Assembly: GCA_965203555.1 (NCBI GenBank)
Contig: CBDBCY010000004.1
Span: forward strand, 32,001-96,000
DNA: 64,000 bases
Reading direction: 5' to 3'
Source: Acidimicrobiia bacterium
GTDB taxonomy: Bacteria; Actinomycetota; Acidimicrobiia; Spongiisociales; ZC4RG35
Part shown: positions 19,899-27,963 of the stretch, one piece after another
Position numbering within the stretch: the first letter of the stretch is position 1
Layout of the letters: every line of letters begins with the position of its first letter
The notes under the pieces: model-generated
Seen by the model: the letters and a program-made list of their open reading frames with translations, nothing else
What the model was told of the DNA's origin: nothing
Databases searched by the model: none
Translations under genes and position numbers: made by a program

Positions 19899-20354
19899 AT
19901 GCGGGTAGTGGTGCAACGGGTTTCCCAGGCTCGAGTGACGGTCGACGGGAAAACGGTCGGGGAGATCTCCGATGGGCTTTTGGCGTTGGTGGGCGCCACC
20001 CACGAGGACTCGGTGAACGACGCCCGGGCGGTGGCCGCCAAGATGGCGGGGCTTCGAATTTTTCCGGACCGGGCAAAAAAGATGAATCTGTCGTTGCTCG
20101 ACACCGGGGGCGAGGTCCTGGTGGTCAGCCAGTTCACTCTGTACGGGGACGTTCGCCGTGGCCGTCGACCCTCCTTCGTGAAAGCGGCGCGTCCCGAACC
20201 GGCCCAGCGCCTGGTGGACGAGGTTGTGGCCGCTCTGCGGGACCGGGGCATCGGAGTCGCCACCGGCCGCTTCGGAGCGATGATGGAAGTGTCCCTGGTC
20301 AACGATGGGCCGGTCACCATCATCCTGGAAACCGGCGGAGGCCGGATTCTCTGA
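19899..20354 (+). CDS. dtd: D-aminoacyl-tRNA deacylase
   Basis: [26 protein letters not shown]. Confidence 0.97.
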   Translation: MRVVVQRVSQARVTVDGKTVGEISDGLLALVGATHEDSVNDARAVAAKMAGLRIFPDRAKKMNLSLLDTGGEVLVVSQFTLYGDVRRGRRPSFVKAARPEPAQRLVDEVVAALRDRGIGVATGRFGAMMEVSLVNDGPVTIILETGGGRIL

Positions 20355-20371
20355 AGTCCGCAGGCTGCGGT

Positions 20372-23300
20372 TCAAGTCTTCTTCCCGATCGAGGAGATGA
20401 ACGCCTTTCCCTCGGGGCACAGTTTGAAGAAGTCGCACTTTACGCACTCCGCCGACGGGGTGGGGTCCCAACGTTTTTCGGAGATGGAACGGGCCATGTC
20501 CTCCAGACGGGTGCGGGCAGAGGCCAGCCAGGCCTCGTCCACCCGCTCGGCGCTGGGTTCTTCCCGAAGCCGGCCCCCTCCCAGGTAGGCGATGGTCACC
20601 GAGAGCTTGGAAGGCGCCGGTCCGAGCTCGGGAGTCTCGCGCACCGCCAAGGCGTAGACCTGCATCTGCGCCAGCCGGGCCGAGTGGGGATCATCGACAG
20701 GGGGTTGGCCTGATTTGAAGTCCACGATCTCCCAGGCGTCCCCGTCGTTTTGGTAGACGGCGTCGATCCGGCCCCGCACCAAAAAGCTCTCGGTCAGCCG
20801 GATGTTGAATCCCTTCTCCAGCCACCGGGCCTTCATGTCCGAGAACCGGGACTCGCGGAAGACCTGGAACGGTCCGGGGCCGGAACCGGAGTCGACCGGT
20901 CGGTCATCGCCGATCAGATCGGGCCTCTCGGCATCGGGTTCCAGCAGGGATCCCTTGCCCCGATGGTGCAGTTCGATCTGACGGTGAATCCGGGTTCCCC
21001 GGCGGGTGACGTAGGAGTAGCGGCGGGGGAGAGGTTCCACCCTGCTCCAGAAGTACTTCTTGGGACACTGCGCGTAGTTGACCAGGTCGGTGGCCGAAGT
21101 GGTGATCACCGCTTGGTCACGGGGCGGTTCGGGATCGGGCAGCCGGAACAGCATTCCCTGGAATTCTTCCACGGCGGCGTGGTATTCCTCCTCGACTCCC
21201 CCGGCGCGTGCCAGTTCGACCGTGGAGTCGCGGTCCTCCAACGCCGATCGGATTCCTTCCGACCATCCTTTTTCGAACACGGGGTCGGGAGCGTGTGCCG
21301 CCTGGGTCGCCCTCGCAAAACTGAGAGGGGCCGGGCCGTCCGGGTACTCCCGTCGCAACGCCAGGTCGGCATCGGCCGGCGGCTTCTTTTGGACCGACAG
21401 CCAGGCCTCCTTGAAAAAGAGGCTCAGTTCGGGGAGTTTGGGTCGTTTCAACGGTTCCGGGTAGCCGTACCAGTGGGCGCCGGACAGGAACAGTTCCTCC
21501 TTGGCGCGGGTGGCCGCTACGTAGGCGGCCCGCCACTCCTGCGCTTGATGGGCCTTCTTCACCTTCTTCTGCTGGTCGTTCAGAAGTTCCGTTAGCTGCG
21601 GGCCGCTCATCCGGGCGGTGATCGGAAGGTCTGAGGGGGGATCGATCCGCCAACTCCAGGGAACGGACTCGGCTTTGAAGTAGGGATTGTCATAGCCCCC
21701 CACCGCCTGGGAGGGAAAGTTCTGGTGGTAGATGGCCGGAATGAACACCACCGGCCACTCCAGGCCCTTGGCCTTGTGGACGGTTATCAGGGTCACCGCG
21801 TTCTCATCGGAGAGTCGGGCGGTGTCCATTTCCTCGGCGGGTTCCTCCTGCAGGGCGTCCAGGTAGTCGAGAAACCCCTCCACGGTGGAAGGTCCCTCCA
21901 GAGGAGTCCAGTGTTCCGCCATATCCAGGAACCGGTAGAGGTTGAGGCGGACGGTCAGCCGGGTGGCGCCGGGAATGGACTCCACGTCCGGCCAGGCGCG
22001 GGTCCGGTCCAAGATGATGCGGCACGCCTCGCCGGGGGAGATGCCCTGGCACGCGGCCAGGATGTAACGGTACTCCTGGTGGAACTGACGGAAGGGCGTC
22101 TCCAGCCGGTCGGGAAGGGCTTCCCAGAACCTTCTCCGATCCAATCCGTCCAGGAGGGAGACGGCCGGGCCATCGGGCCTGCGGTAGGCGAACCTGCTCA
22201 AATGCCGGATGTCTCCCAGCCCGAGCCGGTACCGACTCCCTCCCAACAGACGAGCGGCCGCGGCCCGGTCGTCGAATCGGCCGACGATCCTCAGCCACGA
22301 GTGGATCTCCACCACTTCCGGAATGGTGAGGAGGCCGCCCAGGTTGGCCACCTCCACCGGTATGTCGTGTTTGATCAACTGCCGGTACACCCCGGCGACG
22401 TCCTTGGTCTTGCGGAACAGCACCGCCATATCCTTCCATCTCCGGTCGTTCCGCTCCCGCTCCTTCAACTGCTCAGCGATCCATACCGCCTCGTCGACAG
22501 CGGTAGGGTGCCATCTGGCCCGAACCTTGGAGGTGACCGCTGCGGGCAGTGCCTGAAGTTCCGGGGTCCCCGAACCGATGTTCTTCTTGATCCGGTTGGC
22601 GAACCGGATGATCCTGTGCCCGGAGCGGCGGTTGAGGGTGAGGGTCAGAGTCTCCGCCGGCTCTCCGTCCTCGGTGGGGAAGTGATCGGGGAAGTCCTCG
22701 AAATTGCCGAGGGAGGCTCCCCGCCATTCATAGAGGGTCTGGTCGGAATCTCCAATCACCGTCAGGGGAAAGCCCCCTCCGAACAGTTTCTGGAGGATCT
22801 TTCGCTGGGCGGCGTTGGTGTCCTGGTACTCGTCGGCGACCACCGCCTTGTACCGCTCCCGGATGCGCTCAGCGATCGTTGGTTGCTCGTCGAGTATCCG
22901 GTGGGCGTGGGAGATCAGGTCACCGTAATCCACCACTCCCAGGCGGCGTTTGTGTTCCTGGTATCGGAGAGCCGCCTCCACCATGCCGGGCCGTTTGCAG
23001 AGGGTGGTCCGCAGACGTTGGTAGTTATCGAAGTCACGTTTGAGCCGGAAGTCCTGCCGTGTCAACTCGGGTACCTCGACGCGCAGCATTTTCTCGTCAA
23101 TGCGGTCCGGGTCCACCAGGTGGTCGGCCAGGGATGAGCAGAACCGGATCAGGGCCCCGGGCAGATGGAACAAGTCGGTGTTGTCCAGTCCGGGCAGCCG
23201 GGTTTCCCGGATCACCTGTTTGATCAGCTGGCGGGTCTGGGCCGGGCCGATTATGGAGAGGCGCCGTTCGATCCCCAACCCCGCTCCGAACTGGGTGACC

Positions 23301-23596
23301 AACTGGGAGCAGAACCCGTGGTAGGTGTGGACCTCCACCTGCCGCAGGGGGTCGCGGTGCGTGGAGAGGACCTGCTGGATCCGTTCCTTCAGTTCCTGGG
23401 TCGCTTTGTTGGTGAAGGTCAGGCCCAGCACCTGTTCGGGGGCGATTCTCTTCTCCTTCACCAACCGGGCGATCCGATAGGAGACCGTGGTGGTCTTGCC
23501 GGTGCCGGCGCCGGCCGATACCCGGAGAGGACTGAGATCATGGTCCACCACCTTCTGCTGTTCGTCCGACAGCGTGATCGGGGGAGGCTCGGTCAC
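20372..23596 (-). CDS. adnB: AdnB-like UvrD helicase with C-terminal RecB nuclease
   Basis: AGAGTGKT, DEYQD, GDSDQ, HKAKGLEW, YVAATRA, GRIDAVY...DFKSG, CxxCx5C. Confidence 0.88.
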   Translation of the reverse strand: MTEPPPITLSDEQQKVVDHDLSPLRVSAGAGTGKTTTVSYRIARLVKEKRIAPEQVLGLTFTNKATQELKERIQQVLSTHRDPLRQVEVHTYHGFCSQLVTQFGAGLGIERRLSIIGPAQTRQLIKQVIRETRLPGLDNTDLFHLPGALIRFCSSLADHLVDPDRIDEKMLRVEVPELTRQDFRLKRDFDNYQRLRTTLCKRPGMVEAALRYQEHKRRLGVVDYGDLISHAHRILDEQPTIAERIRERYKAVVADEYQDTNAAQRKILQKLFGGGFPLTVIGDSDQTLYEWRGASLGNFEDFPDHFPTEDGEPAETLTLTLNRRSGHRIIRFANRIKKNIGSGTPELQALPAAVTSKVRARWHPTAVDEAVWIAEQLKERERNDRRWKDMAVLFRKTKDVAGVYRQLIKHDIPVEVANLGGLLTIPEVVEIHSWLRIVGRFDDRAAAARLLGGSRYRLGLGDIRHLSRFAYRRPDGPAVSLLDGLDRRRFWEALPDRLETPFRQFHQEYRYILAACQGISPGEACRIILDRTRAWPDVESIPGATRLTVRLNLYRFLDMAEHWTPLEGPSTVEGFLDYLDALQEEPAEEMDTARLSDENAVTLITVHKAKGLEWPVVFIPAIYHQNFPSQAVGGYDNPYFKAESVPWSWRIDPPSDLPITARMSGPQLTELLNDQQKKVKKAHQAQEWRAAYVAATRAKEELFLSGAHWYGYPEPLKRPKLPELSLFFKEAWLSVQKKPPADADLALRREYPDGPAPLSFARATQAAHAPDPVFEKGWSEGIRSALEDRDSTVELARAGGVEEEYHAAVEEFQGMLFRLPDPEPPRDQAVITTSATDLVNYAQCPKKYFWSRVEPLPRRYSYVTRRGTRIHRQIELHHRGKGSLLEPDAERPDLIGDDRPVDSGSGPGPFQVFRESRFSDMKARWLEKGFNIRLTESFLVRGRIDAVYQNDGDAWEIVDFKSGQPPVDDPHSARLAQMQVYALAVRETPELGPAPSKLSVTIAYLGGGRLREEPSAERVDEAWLASARTRLEDMARSISEKRWDPTPSAECVKCDFFKLCPEGKAFISSIGKKT

Positions 23597-26500
23597 GAGG
23601 TGAACGCTCCCTTTCCTTCCGGCCAAGCCGGACACAGCGATCGCACGGAGCACCGTCCACATTCAGTGGAGGGCTTAGGTGGCCAGTGTTGAGGATCGGG
23701 CTTCTCCTCCACGATGGCTTGGGCGATGTCGTCCAACTCTTCCAACACCTCCCCCAGATTGGCCGGGTCGAAGGAGCGTGTCCAGGACCCCTTCTCACAG
23801 AGGGGATGCCAGAACTCGGCGGCGGAGGCTGTGACATCGGGTTGCATCCGGGAGACAGCCCACAGGTAAAAGCCCAACTGCAGGGCGATTTTGGCATCCT
23901 TGACCGGCATCGGATTCTTGGAGGTCTTGTAGTCGACGATGCGAAGCGACCCGTCCCCCATCCGATCGATCCGATCGATCCGGCCCTTCCAGGCGATTCC
24001 ATCCCGGGTGGTGTCCACCGGCTCTTCGAAACCGACCACCTCGCCGCCCCGGGTCTTCCAGCGTTGCTCCAGCAGTTGGAGGAATTTCGCGCCCCGGTCC
24101 CGCCAGGCCTCGTTGAGCACCGGCGTCCCGAAATCGGTGTCGGCGATCTGACGTTTGAGTTCCTCCAGGGCGCGGGGCAGGTCCAGCCCGTGCTCTCCCA
24201 GCTTCCGGGAAGCCTCTCCGCACTTGTGAAGGACATGATGGATCAACTGCCCGAACCGGGCATAGGGGTTCTCGTCGGAGGGTTGGATCCGAAGACGTCT
24301 TTGCAGTGCATACTGGCGGGGACACTTTTGATATGCCTCGGCTTGGGAAGCCGACATGATGTGGCCCGGATCGATCAATCCCACATCCGGCCCCGGCCGA
24401 CGCATTCCGGCGAAGCGACCGGCCTCCCACAGGTCGCCCCGGACCGGGTCGGCCAGGACGGCGGCGGCCGCCAGGCGCCGGGGAAGCGTCTCCTGGATGT
24501 CCTTTTGGACCCGCCGCAGGTAGCTCTCCGTTTCCAGCCGTCCCACCGGTGATGAGGCGGGTCGGGGTTCGGGGGGACCCAGATCAACCCCGGCGTGTTC
24601 GGCCAACAGGACCGCGAATCTGCTGACGCGGTGGTGCAATTCGTTCAGGTCGGGGGCGGTGGCGGTCCACACCACTCTCCGGCCGGCCCGGGTCATGGCG
24701 ATGTAGGCCAGGTTCCGTTCCTCCTCCAGGCGGGATTCGAGAAGGCGGGAATAGTCGAAGGAGGGCTGGGAGAGGAGCCGTCCTTCCAGCAGGGAGCGGA
24801 CGGGCCTGTTGTCGGGGAATGTTCCCTCTTTGGCCCCGAATATGAACACCACGTCGAACTGGCGGCCCTTGGCCTGATGGATGGTGCCGATCATCACCCC
24901 ACCGTCGGTGGGGGCGCGGGCCGGCAGCAGGGGAGAAGCCTCCAGGTCGCCCTCCAAGGTCAGTGTCCGGTAGTCGAGCAGAGAGGTGCGGGGTGAACGC
25001 TCGGCCAGCCTGCCCAGGGTTTGGGCGAAGGAGAACAGCGCCGAGCGGTAGTCGGCGGATCGGTCCGATCCGACCAGGCGATGCATTTGGGGGGTGTCGC
25101 TCCACAATTTCCAGAAGCCGTTGGTGGCCGGGGGGTTCTGCGCCCAGGAGGGTCTGCTCAGCAGGCGGGAGAGAGCGCCTCCGCCGGGTACCTCCTCACC
25201 CAGGACGTCTGCCCATCGCCGGCCCCGCCGATGGCGTCCGGCCCGCAGCTCCCGGGCGCGTCCCTCGGTCAGGGAAAAGAGGGGGCCCAGCAGCACGCTT
25301 TCCATGATCCGGTCCAGATCGGCGGTGGTCGCCGGCGACGGCGCCGGATCGCAGTCGCCCGTGGCTGCCATGGCCAGATCCAGCACCAGGCGCACCCCGG
25401 GATGGTCGATCAACCGGGCGCCGGGTCGGGCGTGGGGGATGTTCTGGCGATCCAGCGCCCGGGAGAGGGCGATCAGGGGACCGCCGGTGCGGCTCAGCAC
25501 CGCGATTCGGGAATAGGGAAGTTGCTCGGTGAGATGGAGGCGTTTCACCTCCGCCGCGATCCAGTCGTTCTCGGCCATCTCCTGGTCGAAGACATAGAAC
25601 TCCGCCCTCCCGGCATGGGCGGCAGGGCGGGGCAGGGTGAGTGGATCATCGGGAAACAGCGCCTCGGCGGAGGAGAGGATTTCAAAAGGTACCCGATGGC
25701 TGGTCGTCAGCGCCAAAACCTCCGGTCTCGCCCCGATCTTCCCGAAGGTGTCGGGAAAGGCGGTGACCGAGGCGCGTTCGGCCCCCCGGAAGGAGAAGGA
25801 CGTCTGCTGCGGGTCGGCGACCGCGGTGAGGTGGCAGCCGCCGCCGACCATCTTCTTCAGAATCTCCACCTGCACCAGGGTTGCCTCCTGGTATTCGTCG
25901 ACCAGCAGGTAGGGAAACCTCTGCACCGTCCGGCTGAGGATGCTCGGCTTTTCCAGTGCCTCGTTGGCCCGGAGCAGAAGGCCGGTGTAATCGATCTTCT
26001 CTTCGCTCTCGAGCTTGCATAAGTAGCGGCGGTAAAAGCCCGGTAGGGCCTTCCAGGCAGGCCTGTCTTCGGCCCGGTCCGCCAACTCCTTCGGGCTGAT
26101 GCGCTGCTCCCCGCATCGCAACATGAAGTCGGCCAGTTCCTCGGCCAGGGTCAGGGTGCCCAGCATGCGCCGGTAGATGAGGGGCCACTCCAAGGGCTGC
26201 TCGTCGGCCAGCACTTGGCGGACCAGCTGGATCTGCTCCGGCGTGGTGAGCAGCATGGGGGGCTGCGGGGTCCCGAACAGTTCCTGGGAGTGCTCCTCCA
26301 CCAGCGTGCGGGCGAAAGCGTAGAAGGTGCCGACCGACAGTTGACCGAAGGAGCGGCGGGTGGCGGCGGTGATGCGTTTTCGCAGATCGGCGGAGGTCTC
26401 CCGCGAGAAGGAGAGAGCCAGCACCCCGTCCGAGGAGGTGAGTTCCGAGTTGATCAGATGAGCGGCCCGGCGGGCCAGGAGCTCGGTCTTGCCGGTGCCC

Positions 26501-26607
26501 GGCCCACCGATTATCAACTGGGTCCCTCGGACGCGTTCGACCACCTCTTCCCACCGGTCCGCAGAGATCGGCTGCGCCCGCAGGGTCCGGACGGATGGAG
26601 TCCTCAA
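23593..26607 (-). CDS. adnA: AdnA-like UvrD helicase with C-terminal RecB nuclease
   Basis: GGPGTGKT, DEYQE, HQAKG, YIAMTRA, GRIDRID...DYKT, CGRC...CP; 4-nt overlap with adnB. Confidence 0.88.
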   Translation of the reverse strand: MRTPSVRTLRAQPISADRWEEVVERVRGTQLIIGGPGTGKTELLARRAAHLINSELTSSDGVLALSFSRETSADLRKRITAATRRSFGQLSVGTFYAFARTLVEEHSQELFGTPQPPMLLTTPEQIQLVRQVLADEQPLEWPLIYRRMLGTLTLAEELADFMLRCGEQRISPKELADRAEDRPAWKALPGFYRRYLCKLESEEKIDYTGLLLRANEALEKPSILSRTVQRFPYLLVDEYQEATLVQVEILKKMVGGGCHLTAVADPQQTSFSFRGAERASVTAFPDTFGKIGARPEVLALTTSHRVPFEILSSAEALFPDDPLTLPRPAAHAGRAEFYVFDQEMAENDWIAAEVKRLHLTEQLPYSRIAVLSRTGGPLIALSRALDRQNIPHARPGARLIDHPGVRLVLDLAMAATGDCDPAPSPATTADLDRIMESVLLGPLFSLTEGRARELRAGRHRRGRRWADVLGEEVPGGGALSRLLSRPSWAQNPPATNGFWKLWSDTPQMHRLVGSDRSADYRSALFSFAQTLGRLAERSPRTSLLDYRTLTLEGDLEASPLLPARAPTDGGVMIGTIHQAKGRQFDVVFIFGAKEGTFPDNRPVRSLLEGRLLSQPSFDYSRLLESRLEEERNLAYIAMTRAGRRVVWTATAPDLNELHHRVSRFAVLLAEHAGVDLGPPEPRPASSPVGRLETESYLRRVQKDIQETLPRRLAAAAVLADPVRGDLWEAGRFAGMRRPGPDVGLIDPGHIMSASQAEAYQKCPRQYALQRRLRIQPSDENPYARFGQLIHHVLHKCGEASRKLGEHGLDLPRALEELKRQIADTDFGTPVLNEAWRDRGAKFLQLLEQRWKTRGGEVVGFEEPVDTTRDGIAWKGRIDRIDRMGDGSLRIVDYKTSKNPMPVKDAKIALQLGFYLWAVSRMQPDVTASAAEFWHPLCEKGSWTRSFDPANLGEVLEELDDIAQAIVEEKPDPQHWPPKPSTECGRCSVRSLCPAWPEGKGAFTS

Positions 26608-26637
26608 CCCGGGCGCTCCCCTGCCGCCAAGCGGGGA

Positions 26638-26802
26638 TCAGGCGGCGACATGCAGATCGACGGGCTGGCAGACCGAACAGGTGTGGGACGGCGGGTTCTC
26701 GATCGACTCGACGGTGACCCCGGCTTGGGTCATCCAGTCCATCATCTTCCGGCAGTCGACCGGATCGGTCTCGATATCGCGGAGGGTCATTTGGTGTTCC
26801 AT
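26638..26802 (-). CDS. 54-aa Cys/His-rich microprotein, probably leaderless
   Basis: MEHQMTLRDIETDPVDCRKMMDWMTQAGVTVESIENPPSHTCSVCQPVDLHVAA*; ATG lies 7 nt after a TAGATT -10. Confidence 0.65.
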   Translation of the reverse strand: MEHQMTLRDIETDPVDCRKMMDWMTQAGVTVESIENPPSHTCSVCQPVDLHVAA

Positions 26803-26809
26803 GGGAACC

Positions 26810-26831
26810 AATCTAAGAGGGGGGTGTGACA
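26810..26831 (-). promoter_or_regulatory. TGTCAC-N10-TAGATT promoter upstream of microprotein-adnAB
   Basis: Minus strand TGTCAC ACCCCCCTCT TAGATT GGTTCCC ATG. Confidence 0.75.
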
Positions 26832-26834
26832 CTC

Positions 26835-27755
26835 TTACCGGCCGGTGGTCGGGGAAGGCTCGCCGGGGGACTGGTCGGTCCAGGCGGGACACATGGACTG
26901 GTAGGAGCACCAGTCGCACAGTCTCGACTTCCTGGTGGGGAAGACATCGGTGGCGGTGGCCCGCTCGATAGCCGACCACAGCGCCAGGATCTGTTGCTTG
27001 ACTCCCCGCAATTGCCGGTCGAACACCGGGAGGCTGTAGGCCACCGAGTTCCCCAGGTACACCAGCCGGATCAAAGCCGGGGTCCGGCCGGCGTCCTGCT
27101 GGACCATCAGGGCGTAGATCTTGAGGGCGAAAAAGCTGGAGTCGGCGAAGTTGAGCGGAGGCGCCCTGCCGGTCTTGTAATCGGTGATCACCAGGTCCCC
27201 GTTGCCTCCCGGATCGAGCCGGTCGATTATCCCCCGAATCTCCAGCAGTCCCTGCCGTCCGTTCCTCGAGTCGTCCTCGACCAGCAGGGTGATGAACTTC
27301 TCTCTTTCCAGTGGTTCTATCCGGCGGGGATCCTCCACCCGGAAGTACCGCTCCGCCACTTTCCGGCTTCCCCGCAAGTACTTGTCCCGGCCTTCGGGGT
27401 CTCCGGCGAACAGGTCCTGGTACTCCTCGCTGTCCAGGGTCTCCTCCCACGCGGTCTCCAGCAGTTCGAGGAGTTGGTCGGGATGCCGATCGGAGGCGGG
27501 AAAGTCGAACAGCCTCTCCAGGGCCAGATGGATGGCGGTCCCCCTGGCCTGGGCCGGGGTGGGGACCGAGGGGATCTTCTCGAGATGGCGGAACTTGTAC
27601 ATCCGAGGACAGGTCTTGAAATCCGAGGCCCGGCTGGGGGAGAGGTTGGCGACCGGCTCGGGGGCCTCTTCGGGATCTGCGGGCAGGAGGGCGGAAGCGG
27701 CGCCCCGGACGGGGGAGGGTTCGGTGGGGGAGGTGGCGATTGTGGAATTCATCAA
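26835..27755 (-). CDS. RecB-family / PD-(D/E)XK exonuclease
   Basis: LSPSRASDFKTCP, GTAIH, RGIIDRLD...TDYKTG, LCDWC...CP. Confidence 0.9.
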   Translation of the reverse strand: MMNSTIATSPTEPSPVRGAASALLPADPEEAPEPVANLSPSRASDFKTCPRMYKFRHLEKIPSVPTPAQARGTAIHLALERLFDFPASDRHPDQLLELLETAWEETLDSEEYQDLFAGDPEGRDKYLRGSRKVAERYFRVEDPRRIEPLEREKFITLLVEDDSRNGRQGLLEIRGIIDRLDPGGNGDLVITDYKTGRAPPLNFADSSFFALKIYALMVQQDAGRTPALIRLVYLGNSVAYSLPVFDRQLRGVKQQILALWSAIERATATDVFPTRKSRLCDWCSYQSMCPAWTDQSPGEPSPTTGR

Positions 27756-27761
27756 TCGTCG

Positions 27762-27783
27762 ATCATAAGAAGGGGCCGGGACA
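27762..27783 (-). promoter_or_regulatory. TGTCCC-N10-TATGAT promoter upstream of the RecB-like nuclease
   Basis: Minus strand TGTCCC GGCCCCTTCT TATGAT CGACGA TTG ATG. Confidence 0.6.
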
Positions 27784-27963
27784 TTTTCCGGTCTCTTCGA
27801 TCATATTCGGACCGTCCCGCGAAAAAGAGCGGCAACCTGGCAAAGAGACCGGACCCCACCCCGCCGGGCGCGAGGCGCCGGCGTGCCGTCCCCCTTTACG
27901 CGGTGGGGTAGAACCGCCAAGTTTGCTACCCTGATCTGCGATACCCCATTCAGGGCGACAAAC

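Noticed and set aside
26672-26687. LexA box-like CCGAACAGGTGTGGGA upstream of adnA
   Set aside because: Two mismatches in the GTTCG half-site and it lies within a coding sequence; too weak to call
18400-27755. Cas4-like genes as part of a CRISPR-Cas system
   Set aside because: No array or other cas genes; the context is AdnAB DNA repair
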